Source: Candidatus Saccharimonadota bacterium
GTDB taxonomy: Bacteria > Patescibacteriota > Saccharimonadia > Saccharimonadales > Saccharimonadaceae
NCBI GenBank assembly: GCA_017512085.1
Contig: JAFWHD010000029.1
Location: 1 to 43,355 of the forward strand
Length of the DNA stretch: 43,355 nucleotides
Reading direction: 5' to 3'
Shown here: positions 29,638-39,274 of the stretch, piece after piece
Numbering within the stretch: position 1 is the stretch's first letter
How the letters are laid out: the number at the start of each line of letters is the position of its first letter
The notes under the pieces: generated by a model
Told to the model about the DNA's origin: nothing
Databases searched by the model: none
Seen by the model: the letters and a program-made list of their open reading frames with translations, nothing else
Position numbers and translations under genes: made by a program

Positions 29638-29893
29638 GAGCGCTTTAATAAGTGAGTATTTGTTCTTTATTGAAGTAAATAAGAATTGAAAAGATAATTT
29701 TTGTGAGCATTGAATCAAACCCGTGAAAAATATTTGAAATTTAGGAAAATTTCGTAGCGAGACCCCCATCCGGCGTGAGACGCGAAATTTTCCGTTAAGA
29801 ATTTCAAATATTTTTCCCCGGCGAGAGATTCACCGCGAACAAAAATATCTTTCAATTCTTTTTTTGTGAACAATCCCAACGAATTAAGAGCTC
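29638..29893. repeat. ~255-nt imperfect palindrome between serpin and orn
   Basis: AAGAATTGAAA/TTTCAATTCTT; GAAAAATATTTGAAATT/AATTTCAAATATTTTTC; GGAAAATTTCG/CGAAATTTTCC. Confidence 0.85.
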
Positions 29894-29917
29894 CATTTTT
29901 ATGGTATAATATATAGC

Positions 29918-30460
29918 ATGAAGAAGGCTAAATTATTGTGGGTGGATTTGGAGATGACCGGCCTTGATCCCATGAAGGACCGTATCCTTGAGGTCGCCGC
30001 CATCGCGACTGATATGGATTTGAATGAAATTGCGACTTACGAGGCCACGGTTCACGTTGATGATAAGACTATAAAGACTCGTATGGTTGGAGATTTCTGG
30101 GAAAAGAACAAAAAGTCCTACGATGCTCTCGTTGCGAGAAACTCCACCGGCCAGCCCATTCAGGCCGTCGAGGGGGAATTACTTGCTTTTCTGGATAAGT
30201 ATTTTGGTCAGACCATCTATCTAGCGGGCAACTCTATCCATCAAGACCGGCGATTTATTGAGCGCGAAATGCCAGAGTTAAATAAGCGTCTCCACTATCG
30301 TATGCTTGACGTTTCCGCTTGGAAAATCTATTTTGAAAATGCTCTCGGGCGGAAATTCCAAAAACCCGACAATCATCGCGCTCTTGATGACATTCGCGGC
30401 AGTATCGAGGAGTTTCAGTGGTATCTTAAGTTTCTAGATAAAAAGGGAAGTAATAAATGA
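29918..30460 (+). CDS. orn: Oligoribonuclease
   Basis: LLWVDLEMTGLDP, LAGNSIHQDRRF, HYRMLDVS, HRALDDI. Confidence 0.96.
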   Translation: MKKAKLLWVDLEMTGLDPMKDRILEVAAIATDMDLNEIATYEATVHVDDKTIKTRMVGDFWEKNKKSYDALVARNSTGQPIQAVEGELLAFLDKYFGQTIYLAGNSIHQDRRFIEREMPELNKRLHYRMLDVSAWKIYFENALGRKFQKPDNHRALDDIRGSIEEFQWYLKFLDKKGSNK

Positions 30461-30503
30461 AAAACACGGACTTTTCCACAAGTTTTCCACAAGGAGAAAA
30501 ATA

Positions 30504-30833
30504 ATGAATATTGATTTGTCTATCCTTTCCAGCCTCGGCCCCTACACCGAAAAACGTGAAGTTTTATCGCAGGACCATGGACACGAAGCCACTCGTACGC
30601 TTTATTATCACGGCGACCATGTTTTCCTCGTCGTAAATGATGCTACCATGGAGCTTCGCTGTGATTATCGTCTCATGAAGCATCTTGCCGAAAAATACGA
30701 ATCCGTCATGCAGAGTCGCTATTTTGGACGTGGTGGCATTGAGGTAGTTCCCGCTGGTCAACTGAGCGACGAGGAATTAAATGATCTTATTCGTCTCTCC
30801 TATGTTTTAACTGGAGAAAACAATGGCCATTGA
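30504..30833 (+). CDS. MmcQ/YjbR-like protein
   Basis: ELRCD..LAEKYESV..LSDEELNDLIRLSYVLT pattern. Confidence 0.7.
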   Translation: MNIDLSILSSLGPYTEKREVLSQDHGHEATRTLYYHGDHVFLVVNDATMELRCDYRLMKHLAEKYESVMQSRYFGRGGIEVVPAGQLSDEELNDLIRLSYVLTGENNGH

Positions 30834-31842
30834 GAGATTGGTAGAGCCCACCGCGGCAGGGAATGACCTCGATGAAGAAAAAATCGAGATTTCTCTCCGT
30901 CCTTTGACTTTTAGCGAATATATTGGCCAAGAGCACCTAAAAAATAACATTAAGCTTGCCATAGATGCCGTAAAAAAACGCAACGACGGTAGCACTCTTG
31001 ACCACGTATTATTATATGGCCCTCCAGGCCTCGGCAAGACTACCATGGCTGGTGTCATCGCTCATGAATTAGGCGCAAACCTCCGCGTTACTTCTGGCCC
31101 CGCTATCGAGCGTGCTGGCGACCTCGCTAGCATTCTTACGAATTTAGCAGATGGCGACATTCTCTTTATTGACGAGATTCACCGTCTCCGTCGTACCGTT
31201 GAAGAAGTTTTATATTCCGCCATGGAAGATTACAAGTTGGACATCGTTATTGGCAAAGGCCCTGCCGCCCGTAGTGTTAGATTAGATTTACCTCATTTTA
31301 CCGTTATTGGCGCTACTACTCGTACTGGTTCTCTCGCTGGACCGTTGAGAGACCGTTTTGGCATCATTCATCGTCTTGAGTATTACAAAGAACCCGAGAT
31401 TGAGCAGATTATCCATCGCACCGCCAATATTCTAAATACTGATATACGCCCCGATGCGGAGACACTCCTCGCTACCCGTTCGCGTCTTACTCCTCGTATT
31501 GCTAATCGTATTTTTAAGCGCGTTCGCGACTATGCCGACGTGAATGGCGATGGCATTATCGATCGCTCTATTGCCGAAGGCGCCCTGAAACTTATGGAAA
31601 TAGATTATCTCGGTCTTGATCCTGCCGACCGTAATATGCTTCGTCTCATGCTTGAGAATTATGGCGATCGTCCTGTTGGTCTAAATACCATTGCCGCCCT
31701 TACTGGCGACGAAGCCACCACCATCGAAGACTATTATGAACCTTATCTTCTTCAACTCGGCCTCCTTGCCCGTACCCCCCGTGGTCGTCTCGTCACTGAG
31801 AAAGGTCGTAAACATTTACAAAATCCAGAAAATAGGGTATAA
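30823..31842 (+). CDS. ruvB: Holliday junction branch migration helicase RuvB
   Basis: LRPLTFSEYIGQ, GPPGLGKTT, FIDEIHRL, GATTR, EPYLLQLG..RTPRGR. Confidence 0.98.
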   Translation: MAIERLVEPTAAGNDLDEEKIEISLRPLTFSEYIGQEHLKNNIKLAIDAVKKRNDGSTLDHVLLYGPPGLGKTTMAGVIAHELGANLRVTSGPAIERAGDLASILTNLADGDILFIDEIHRLRRTVEEVLYSAMEDYKLDIVIGKGPAARSVRLDLPHFTVIGATTRTGSLAGPLRDRFGIIHRLEYYKEPEIEQIIHRTANILNTDIRPDAETLLATRSRLTPRIANRIFKRVRDYADVNGDGIIDRSIAEGALKLMEIDYLGLDPADRNMLRLMLENYGDRPVGLNTIAALTGDEATTIEDYYEPYLLQLGLLARTPRGRLVTEKGRKHLQNPENRV

Positions 31843-31851
31843 TTAAATCAA

Positions 31852-32424
31852 ATGGATGAGTCATTAGCCAGAATTCGTCATGAGCGTAGCGTCAAAGATT
31901 ATCCCGACCTTAATTTGAAGGATGATGAGTATATTGAGTTCGCTTTTAAGCGTGCTCATATTTGTCTTATGATGATTGTCATAAGCGTCACCATCGCCAT
32001 CATCGCAATTCTATTGGTCTTTCTTACTATTTTGCTCGCTCAGGAAAGACTCGGCGAGAGTGGTCGCAGTTTTGTTTTTATCATTCTTTTCACGTTACTT
32101 GCTTTTACTATTATTAGCGGATGTATCGCTGTCAGAATTTATAATGGTAATCGTCTCTATATTACCAATCAACGTGTTATCCAAAAAATCATGCATACTC
32201 CGTTTGTCCATTCTATTAATGTTATTGATCTTAGCTCAGTTGAGGATGCCAGCTATCATCAAGAAGGGTTTTTCTCTGCTATTTTTCACTTTGGCACCTT
32301 GCGCCTCTCTACTGTCGGCGACGAGACGACCTATACCTTCAAATTCTCCGACATATCTTCAAAGGATCTTGAATCTGTCACCAGACTTATCTCTGACGCA
32401 AAGAAATCAAAGGACGACGATTAG
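31852..32424 (+). CDS. Membrane protein with bacterial PH domain
   Basis: Two TM helices; YITNQRVI..IDLSSVED..IFHFGTL. Confidence 0.75.
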   Translation: MDESLARIRHERSVKDYPDLNLKDDEYIEFAFKRAHICLMMIVISVTIAIIAILLVFLTILLAQERLGESGRSFVFIILFTLLAFTIISGCIAVRIYNGNRLYITNQRVIQKIMHTPFVHSINVIDLSSVEDASYHQEGFFSAIFHFGTLRLSTVGDETTYTFKFSDISSKDLESVTRLISDAKKSKDDD

Positions 32425-32810
32425 TTCCTGTTGGATTTTATATAAGCATCCTCTTTTTCTAGCGTTGCCTTGAGGATGTATTCTTTACACTTGTCATTCT
32501 CGCAATTTGCGGGCATATACGAGTACGAGCTCCCCTCTACTCCCAGATTGATTCCCATCGGGTCCGTCCATAGCGCCGGGTCAATTACTTTTATATTTTC
32601 TTCACTTATTGTCTCAGGATAATAGCCATTCTCTTTATAAAAACTTTCCTCTAGCGCATAATACATCGCATTAATGGCGGTCTTCCTATCCTCGTCTCTT
32701 TCCATCGCGTCAATATTCGCCTTCTGCACGAAAAACAACACAACGAGTAGAGTACAAAACACCCCCACTATACACAATTCTAAGATCGTAAAACCTTTTT
32801 TTGCATTCAT
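32421..32810 (-). CDS. Pilin-like protein (GspG/type IV pilin N-terminus)
   Basis: KKG|FTILEL; RDEDRKTAI..LEE..GYYP; DP.G..Y.Y. Confidence 0.85.
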   Translation of the reverse strand: MNAKKGFTILELCIVGVFCTLLVVLFFVQKANIDAMERDEDRKTAINAMYYALEESFYKENGYYPETISEENIKVIDPALWTDPMGINLGVEGSSYSYMPANCENDKCKEYILKATLEKEDAYIKSNRN

Positions 32811-32852
32811 ATCTTTATTATATCATGAAAATGTGATATAATGAAATTAAGT

Positions 32853-32929
32853 GGTACTGTAGCTCAGTTGGTTAGAGCGTGGGACTCATAAGCCCGAGGT
32901 CGGTGGTTCGAAACCACCCAGTACCACCA
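32853..32929 (+). tRNA. tRNA-CAT (elongator Met or Ile2)
   Basis: GGTACTGTAGCTCAGTTGGTTAGAGCGTGGGACTCATAAGCCCGAGGTCGGTGGTTCGAAACCACCCAGTACCACCA; G1-C72 paired, so not the initiator. Confidence 0.92.
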
Positions 32930-32930
32930 T

Positions 32931-33177
32931 GAGTTAGGGGAAAATGATTAAGGAAAAACAAGCGTCAGCTTGTTTTGTTTTTTAGGGGGAGTTTTTAATA
33001 AAATGAGCTTGCTCATTTTTTGAACAACTCCCCTAAAAAACAAACGAATCCTCGTTTTCCTTAATTATTTTCAAAACTCAGCAGCGGGTATCGTGTGCGC
33101 GCCAGCGCACACCTACCACTATAAAAACAAAACTCAGCAGTGATACCGCAAAGCGCGCAGCGCGAGCTTACCACTAT
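32931..33177. repeat. Long palindrome plus two ~56-bp tandem units directly after tRNA-CAT
   Basis: GAAAATGATTAAGGAAAA/TTTTCCTTAATTATTTTC; TTTTTAGGGG/CCCCTAAAAA; AAAATGAGC-TT-GCTCATTTT; AAAACTCAGCAG...TACCACTAT twice. Confidence 0.8.
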
Positions 33178-33221
33178 TTTAGCCCTCCACTTTCCAAAAT
33201 TATTATGTTAAAATAAAGTAG

Positions 33222-34268
33222 ATGGGACTATTCAAAAAGAAAAAACAAAAGCCAGAAACAATCGCGTGTAGCGAAGATAATTATTTGGTATGGAAATGGA
33301 AACCAAATCATAAGTCCAAGCTAAAAGGAAAGATTCTAGTCGGCGACAAAATCCAAGTCAAAGAAGGCGCATCGGCAGTTTTTGTTTACAAAAACGAAAT
33401 GGGTACCTACCTAGATTTTATCACCGGCCCAACCGACGAAATCCTCAGCCCCGAAACTCTACCGATTATCTCAAACATCATGGGCGAAAGTTTTGCAGAT
33501 GGAGCGATATTTGACGCTGAAATATATTTCATCAATTTAACGAAGGTAATCCAGTCCAGATTTGAAGTATGTTCATTTGAAGTGCACGATCCTAGCGCAC
33601 CAGACATCGGTGTCCCAGTCACCGTGAAAGGTGTCTTGACATATCGCATAGCGGATGCCGCAGAATTTGTCAAACGTCATCGACTAGACGAAATCACTGA
33701 GGACGGCCTTACGAATCAAGTAATTGAAGCGGCAGGGAAATACATCAAAAGTGCCATTATGAATGCGCCAAGTGTCGATAATTTGCCTGTTGTAGAATTC
33801 GAGAGAAGAATCAACGAAATAAACGACCTGGTAGAAATTCCCATCCGCGAGCGACTAGCGGAAGACCTCGGTGTCAAAGTCGCAAGCGTGGATATAGGGA
33901 CAATAGACATAGACAAAAGTAGTGAAGGTTATAAAAAACTCATGGGTGAAATCACTAACAATTCCTCTTCAAGTCCCACTCAGGCTACCACCAATAATCC
34001 CATCCAGGCTCCTATCCCATCATTTGCATCACCATCCACGCAAGCCTCTAATTCAATTACCCCCCAGTCCTCCGCCGAAAATCTAGGGCCAACTCAATCA
34101 TCTTCAGTAAAATTCTACCTAGGGCTAAATGGCAAACCAACCGGCCCCTACGATATAGAAACCATCAAAAATATGTTAGCAGAAGGCACTGCGCAGGGAA
34201 CTACTCTTGCTTGGAAAAGTGGCATGACTGAATGGGTAAAACTAGAAAATCTCAACGAACTAAAATAA
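33222..34268 (+). CDS. SPFH/band-7-like protein with C-terminal GYF_2 (DUF4339) domain
   Basis: LVWKW..VKEG..AVF..FDAEIYFINL; C-terminal FYLGLNGKPTGPY..TLAWKSGMTEW. Confidence 0.8.
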   Translation: MGLFKKKKQKPETIACSEDNYLVWKWKPNHKSKLKGKILVGDKIQVKEGASAVFVYKNEMGTYLDFITGPTDEILSPETLPIISNIMGESFADGAIFDAEIYFINLTKVIQSRFEVCSFEVHDPSAPDIGVPVTVKGVLTYRIADAAEFVKRHRLDEITEDGLTNQVIEAAGKYIKSAIMNAPSVDNLPVVEFERRINEINDLVEIPIRERLAEDLGVKVASVDIGTIDIDKSSEGYKKLMGEITNNSSSSPTQATTNNPIQAPIPSFASPSTQASNSITPQSSAENLGPTQSSSVKFYLGLNGKPTGPYDIETIKNMLAEGTAQGTTLAWKSGMTEWVKLENLNELK

Positions 34269-34328
34269 TTATCTAATCCCCACAATTTTACGCTTTTCCT
34301 CCAATCACTATCGAAGTACGCAGCATAA

Positions 34329-34544
34329 TTATCTAATCTCTACAATTTTATGTTTTGATTTTTCACCACTCACGATTGCCACTCGCGACTTGCTCACATG
34401 GTAGTATTCCGCGAGCATTTTTATTACCGCCGTATTCGCCTCCCCGTCATGTGCTCGCTTCGATGTGTATACTATTATTCCGTCATCTGCTTCCACGACT
34501 TTATTTTGCGAACTCCCCGCTTTTACCGTTACTGACACTTTCAT
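34329..34544 (-). CDS. DUF167/YggU family protein
   Basis: MKVSVTVKAGSS..DGEANTAVIKMLAEYYHV..IVSGEKSKHK. Confidence 0.85.
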   Translation of the reverse strand: MKVSVTVKAGSSQNKVVEADDGIIVYTSKRAHDGEANTAVIKMLAEYYHVSKSRVAIVSGEKSKHKIVEIR

Positions 34545-34585
34545 CTTTTCATTATAACAGAAAAGTGTTATAATATATACAGTAA

Positions 34586-34663
34586 GCACCCGTAGCTCAG
34601 TTGGATTAGAGCGTCTGTCTTCGGAACAGAAGGTCGTAGGTTCGAGCCCTATCGGGTGTACCA
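34586..34663 (+). tRNA. tRNA-Arg(TCG)
   Basis: GCACCCGTAGCTCAGTTGGATTAGAGCGTCTGTCTTCGGAACAGAAGGTCGTAGGTTCGAGCCCTATCGGGTGTACCA. Confidence 0.95.
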
Positions 34664-34860
34664 ATTTAAAATGGCCTTTAGGCCTTTTTTAATTTGGTAA
34701 TATGATAGGGCGAGAACCGTAGTTCGGATTTGCAAGGCAGCGAGTGAAGAAAAAATGCTTGCATTTTTTCTTCCGAGTCGCCGCAGCAAAAGAGTATTCT
34801 CGCCAAAGGCGAAAATACGAAGCCCTATCGGGTGTACCAAATTAAAATGGCCTTTAGGCC
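34645..34860 (+). repeat. 40-bp direct repeat of tRNA 3' end plus terminator, flanking a 136-bp structured insert
   Basis: 34645-34684 and 34821-34860 differ at one position; the insert includes an inverted tRNA-like piece TTGGTA..GATAGGGC..GAACC. Confidence 0.88.
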
Positions 34861-34862
34861 AT

Positions 34863-35576
34863 TTATTTATTGAAATTGAAAAAATTCGTTATATTAAACC
34901 CAGTCGGCATCGGTATCGTCAACATATATATTACGGCCACCGCCAGAACGCATACTGAAAACACCAGTAACATTTTGCGACTATGATATTCATTTAGTAC
35001 GCCAATTATCCCCAGCAAAAACAACACTAGGGAATAAAGCACGGAAGCGAGCTCATACGAATCACTTTTTAGATTATCCTGCTCGCCTTCTTTCATAGCC
35101 TCCTGTGATTCATCTAGCAATTTCTTAGCTTCCTTAAAATAACCATTTACAAATTCTTCATTCTCAAAAGGATTTCCCGTAAAATTTGGATCATTGATGG
35201 CTTGTAATAGCTGAGGCGAGCAACCATCGCTTTTAATCTTTTCTATTTTTGCTTCAATCACTTTTGCCTCGGCTAGGTCTCCCTGCGCGATTGCGACCTG
35301 TCTATCTAGTTGTAGATTTGAAATACTATTCCATGTAAATAAATCCGAAATATATATCTGTGTCGCTACATTGTATTCGGCATTTCCTTCTGCGGCTAGA
35401 TTATTACTCCTAGTATAATTGCCAGCTTGATTACCTTCATGTAAGGCTCCAATCCAACCCGCCCACGCCACGAGCAGCGTCGCAATTCCCAAAAAAACCG
35501 CGGTCATCGCCGATATTGTATTTTCTTTGAAAAATTTTTTGATTTTTTGAAACTTCTCTTTGACGGTAGTTTTCAT
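34863..35576 (-). CDS. Hypothetical membrane protein (three TM helices around a helical loop)
   Basis: TM, ~130-aa helical region, two TM; -10-like TATAGT just upstream of ATG 35576. Confidence 0.7.
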   Translation of the reverse strand: MKTTVKEKFQKIKKFFKENTISAMTAVFLGIATLLVAWAGWIGALHEGNQAGNYTRSNNLAAEGNAEYNVATQIYISDLFTWNSISNLQLDRQVAIAQGDLAEAKVIEAKIEKIKSDGCSPQLLQAINDPNFTGNPFENEEFVNGYFKEAKKLLDESQEAMKEGEQDNLKSDSYELASVLYSLVLFLLGIIGVLNEYHSRKMLLVFSVCVLAVAVIYMLTIPMPTGFNITNFFNFNK

Positions 35577-35662
35577 GCTTACACTATATATAATAGGAAA
35601 AATCACAGGTTTTGTCAAATCATCTTGTGGCAGTGCGAACAAGAATAATAAGTTCGTCCAGA

Positions 35663-37363
35663 CTAGCGTGAGTGGTGGAGCTCATAAATGCCGCGGTGAC
35701 AATGTCGGCAAACTTTCACCCCCGCGCCTTTTAATTTTGGACTAATTTCAAAGACAAAATTAGAAATGTGGTGCCTATTAGAAATGAGGATAGTCCGTTC
35801 GCGGGCACGTGTGATAGCGACATAGAATAGTCGGCGTTCCTCAGCATGGGGGTAAGCATCTGGCGCCGTCATCATAGTCGCCATGAGTGGATTGTCTGGT
35901 CGCGTCGCCGGCATACCGAGAGAGGTATTATTTAAATTAATCACAAAAACAATATCGCGGGTAATCCCTTTGCTTTTATGCATGGTACAAAAGGGAATGA
36001 GAAGCGGAGAGGCCGCACCAGGCAAAGCCCAAATAAAAGTTGACCTTTCCGGATTAAAACTCGCCTGCTTGTACGTATTTGTTTTTACGTCCACCACCCT
36101 GGAAACATCACGATTATAGCGCGAGATGATTTGCAGTTGTTTTTGGAAAAGCGCTTCGCCGTATTTACGATAGAGACTTATTAGTTCACGATTAATCGTC
36201 TCGTAGTCGGGGGGAATCCAACCGCTTGATCGGTCATCTCCATCTCTCATCATAGTATCCTTACCCCGCTCTATTTCAAAGTTTTCATTCAGTCTCACTA
36301 CAATCGGCGTATGCCGACCTCTAGCTGGCCTCACGTGTTTGTGAGTCTGGCGTGGATTTTTCTCAATAAAACGATTACTAATCCGCGCTGTCGGTTGCCC
36401 AAAACGGTAGGTAGATTTAATCATAGTGCGAACGGTTTTGAGATGAAACTTTTCCTCAAAGTTATCCAGAACATCCAGATTACTTCCCGCGAAACGATAG
36501 ATAGATTGCCAATCATCCCCCACCGCGAAAAGTTTCGCCCCCTCACATTTTTGTAGCACTGCATCCAGTAGTTCGCATTTGCTATCACTTAGGTCCTGCG
36601 CTTCATCTACTAAGATATGTTTATATGGGAAACTACCCGGCGGTAGCTTCCGCACGATTTTCGTAGCGAATACCAGCATATCGGCAAAATCATAAAATCG
36701 ATGTTTTGCGAGATAACTAGAGTAGAGACGGTAAATTGGCGCGTAAAGTCGAAAGAGACACTCCGCATTTTTACGCTCTTGCGCGTCATGAATATCACTA
36801 AGCCGAGATTTTAATTCAATCAGTGAAATATTTTTACTCTTTTGTAAATTCAAAATAGCAAGAAATAAAAGTTCAAGATCCGCGTCATCATTTTTATGAT
36901 GCGACCAGATAAAACTCGTCGCCGCGGCGGCGAGACCGCCAGTAGCGAGATAATTATTAAACGCATCTAGGTAATCAGGATTTGTATCCTTCATTTTTTC
37001 CGTCAAGCGATGAACGAGAGTGGCCATATCCGTATCATCTAGGATAGCATTACCTGTAGTGTATGACTTGATAATTTGGTTGCCGAGAGAGTGAAAAGTC
37101 CGGATGGTGACATCCCGATAAGTAATGCGGGCCGACAGCTCGGCAACAACCTTTCGCGTAAAAGCGATGAGGAGAATTTGGGACGGATCTAGATGTTCAT
37201 GCTCAATCAGGTAATTTACTTTTGAAAGCAGTGTTGCAGTTTTGCCGGAGCCAGCTGGTGCGAGCACGAGTACCGCCTCCGCGTCTGTAAGGACAGCTTT
37301 CTGCTGGTATCTATCCAATTTAACATCTTGGGTATAACAAAGTTTTTTGCGACTAAAAAACAT
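35663..37363 (-). CDS. UvrD/helicase IV-like SF1A helicase
   Basis: APAGSGKT, AFTRK, TFHSLG, LVDEAQD, AVGDDWQSIYRFAG, TMHKSKG, EERRLFYVAITRAR; start uncertain. Confidence 0.9.
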   Translation of the reverse strand: MFFSRKKLCYTQDVKLDRYQQKAVLTDAEAVLVLAPAGSGKTATLLSKVNYLIEHEHLDPSQILLIAFTRKVVAELSARITYRDVTIRTFHSLGNQIIKSYTTGNAILDDTDMATLVHRLTEKMKDTNPDYLDAFNNYLATGGLAAAATSFIWSHHKNDDADLELLFLAILNLQKSKNISLIELKSRLSDIHDAQERKNAECLFRLYAPIYRLYSSYLAKHRFYDFADMLVFATKIVRKLPPGSFPYKHILVDEAQDLSDSKCELLDAVLQKCEGAKLFAVGDDWQSIYRFAGSNLDVLDNFEEKFHLKTVRTMIKSTYRFGQPTARISNRFIEKNPRQTHKHVRPARGRHTPIVVRLNENFEIERGKDTMMRDGDDRSSGWIPPDYETINRELISLYRKYGEALFQKQLQIISRYNRDVSRVVDVKTNTYKQASFNPERSTFIWALPGAASPLLIPFCTMHKSKGITRDIVFVINLNNTSLGMPATRPDNPLMATMMTAPDAYPHAEERRLFYVAITRARERTILISNRHHISNFVFEISPKLKGAGVKVCRHCHRGIYELHHSR

Positions 37364-37451
37364 GATAGCATAAAATCATATCTCTAAATAAAATTCAACC
37401 CCCCACCCTCACTATTACACTAAAGCAAAACCAGGCACGACGATAAGTTAA

Positions 37452-38372
37452 TTATTTGTTGCTTTTCACGTCCATTTCGCTCTTATTTTTCGTAACCTTC
37501 TTCGCACCTATTTCACTTTTCTTTTCTATATCTTTCTTCGCTTCAATTTCGGCTCTCTTTTCTACCTCCCCCTTCGCACCCTTCTCAGCGTCAAAAATTA
37601 TTTCCTTATATTTCTTTGCTTTTATTTTTTCTACTAGCCCCATAGTCTTAACACCAATAATCATATTAGAAATCCCCGTGTAGAGAAATATCGCACCCCA
37701 CACCATCATGGAAACACCCGGACAGACCAACAAAATAATGCCGAAAATAACAGAAACCGAATTCGTAATAATATATAGCGCGGAGGACTTCGCGGATTTA
37801 TTCATCATGTTTTCCAACGGATTAATTAGCTTCTTTTTCTGCGCTTCCAATTCCGTATTTATGCTGTCGTCAATTTCTTTAAACTTTTTTCTTTGAACTT
37901 TTTGTTCCTCGCTGACCTTCTTGCGATGTATGAGTTTATTATATTTTTTCGTGATAGCATCAGTATATTTAAATAGTTTATTATTCAAATGTAAAACGCG
38001 GATGATATTTGATGCTCCTTCGTAGATAATAAATAATGCCAACAGTAATTGCAGGTAAGCTGCCACGAGATCTGGATAAATATAGAATATTATTGCTAGT
38101 ATAATAATTCCCGCCGATATGAAGATCGTCTTTTTATCTTTTTTCTTCGCGGCAAGATTTGCGATGAATACCGAGGCCGCCGCAAAGATGATAATGAGCA
38201 TAATATTCTGCGCCATTCCCGCCAGGGTAGTATCGGGATTTAGCAAGAAAGTAATACCATCTACGATTAAGAAAAAAGCGATAATCAATCGGTTCCGCAT
38301 GATAATATCCACTTTATTGGAAATCCCCTCTACTTTTTTTATCGTCTTATCAAAATCTACTTTCTTCGCCAT
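37452..38372 (-). CDS. Membrane protein with two HdeD/DUF308-like modules
   Basis: Repeated LIVDGITFLLNP / IFGIILLVCP TM hairpins; basic repetitive tail. Confidence 0.7.
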   Translation of the reverse strand: MAKKVDFDKTIKKVEGISNKVDIIMRNRLIIAFFLIVDGITFLLNPDTTLAGMAQNIMLIIIFAAASVFIANLAAKKKDKKTIFISAGIIILAIIFYIYPDLVAAYLQLLLALFIIYEGASNIIRVLHLNNKLFKYTDAITKKYNKLIHRKKVSEEQKVQRKKFKEIDDSINTELEAQKKKLINPLENMMNKSAKSSALYIITNSVSVIFGIILLVCPGVSMMVWGAIFLYTGISNMIIGVKTMGLVEKIKAKKYKEIIFDAEKGAKGEVEKRAEIEAKKDIEKKSEIGAKKVTKNKSEMDVKSNK

Positions 38373-38455
38373 TTGCCCCAATTATAACATAGAAAACCAT
38401 CTACGCCTATTGTGTTATTGAATGACACTATTATTATATGTGCTATAATAAACAT

Positions 38456-39256
38456 ATGGATTTTATTGAAAGTTTCATCAAAAACGAGTGGGTTCAGCGT
38501 CTCTTTTGGTCAATCATCGTCGTCGTGATTAGTCTCTTACTTTACCGCATCGCGACAAAAATCCTCAGCCACCGAGAGCAAAAAACTTCCAAAATCATGA
38601 GTACCAAAAAGAACAAGACCATCATCCGGATGGTAAAAAGCATCATCGCGGGTACACTCAGTATCATCACCGTCTTGACCTTGCTAGAAATATACGGTGT
38701 CAATGTTTCATCCATGCTAGCTGGTGTTGGTATTGCCAGTATCGTCATCGGCTTTGCCCTCCAGGATTCCCTAAAAGACATCATTCGTGGTTTCGTCATC
38801 GTTTCCGACAATTATTACGAAATCGGCGACGTGATAAAATTTAACGATAACCTCGGGCCAGTAGTTTCCGTCAGCCTACTCACCACGAAGATTCAGGACA
38901 TTAACACCATGAACATCGTTTCTATCGCCAATCGCAACATTGACAAAGTAGAAGTTGATCCCGGCTACATTTACATCCAAGTTCCATTTTCATACGACAC
39001 GAAAGTTGAGCAAGCCGAGTCTGTCCTCCACGATATCGTAGCAAAGCTTCGTCGTCACACTGGCATTACGAGCGCAGACTATCAGGGCCTGACTGCCATA
39101 GCTAGCTCATCGCTAAATTATCAAATCGTCCTCACTTGCGATCCAGCGAACCGTCTCCAGATTCGTCGCGATGCTCTCCGTGTCGTCGTTTCCACTCTCG
39201 AATCTCTGGGAATCACCATCCCCTACGACCAGCTCGACATCCACACCAAAAAATAG
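38456..39256 (+). CDS. mscS: Small-conductance mechanosensitive channel family protein
   Basis: LAGVGIASIVIGFALQDSLKDIIRG, YEIGDVI, GITIPYDQLDIH. Confidence 0.9.
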   Translation: MDFIESFIKNEWVQRLFWSIIVVVISLLLYRIATKILSHREQKTSKIMSTKKNKTIIRMVKSIIAGTLSIITVLTLLEIYGVNVSSMLAGVGIASIVIGFALQDSLKDIIRGFVIVSDNYYEIGDVIKFNDNLGPVVSVSLLTTKIQDINTMNIVSIANRNIDKVEVDPGYIYIQVPFSYDTKVEQAESVLHDIVAKLRRHTGITSADYQGLTAIASSSLNYQIVLTCDPANRLQIRRDALRVVVSTLESLGITIPYDQLDIHTKK

Positions 39257-39274
39257 ATTACCTATACATAAACT

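Noticed and set aside
34645-34860. Prophage or genomic island at tRNA-Arg
   Set aside because: att-like repeats enclose only 136 bp and no integrase is present in the window
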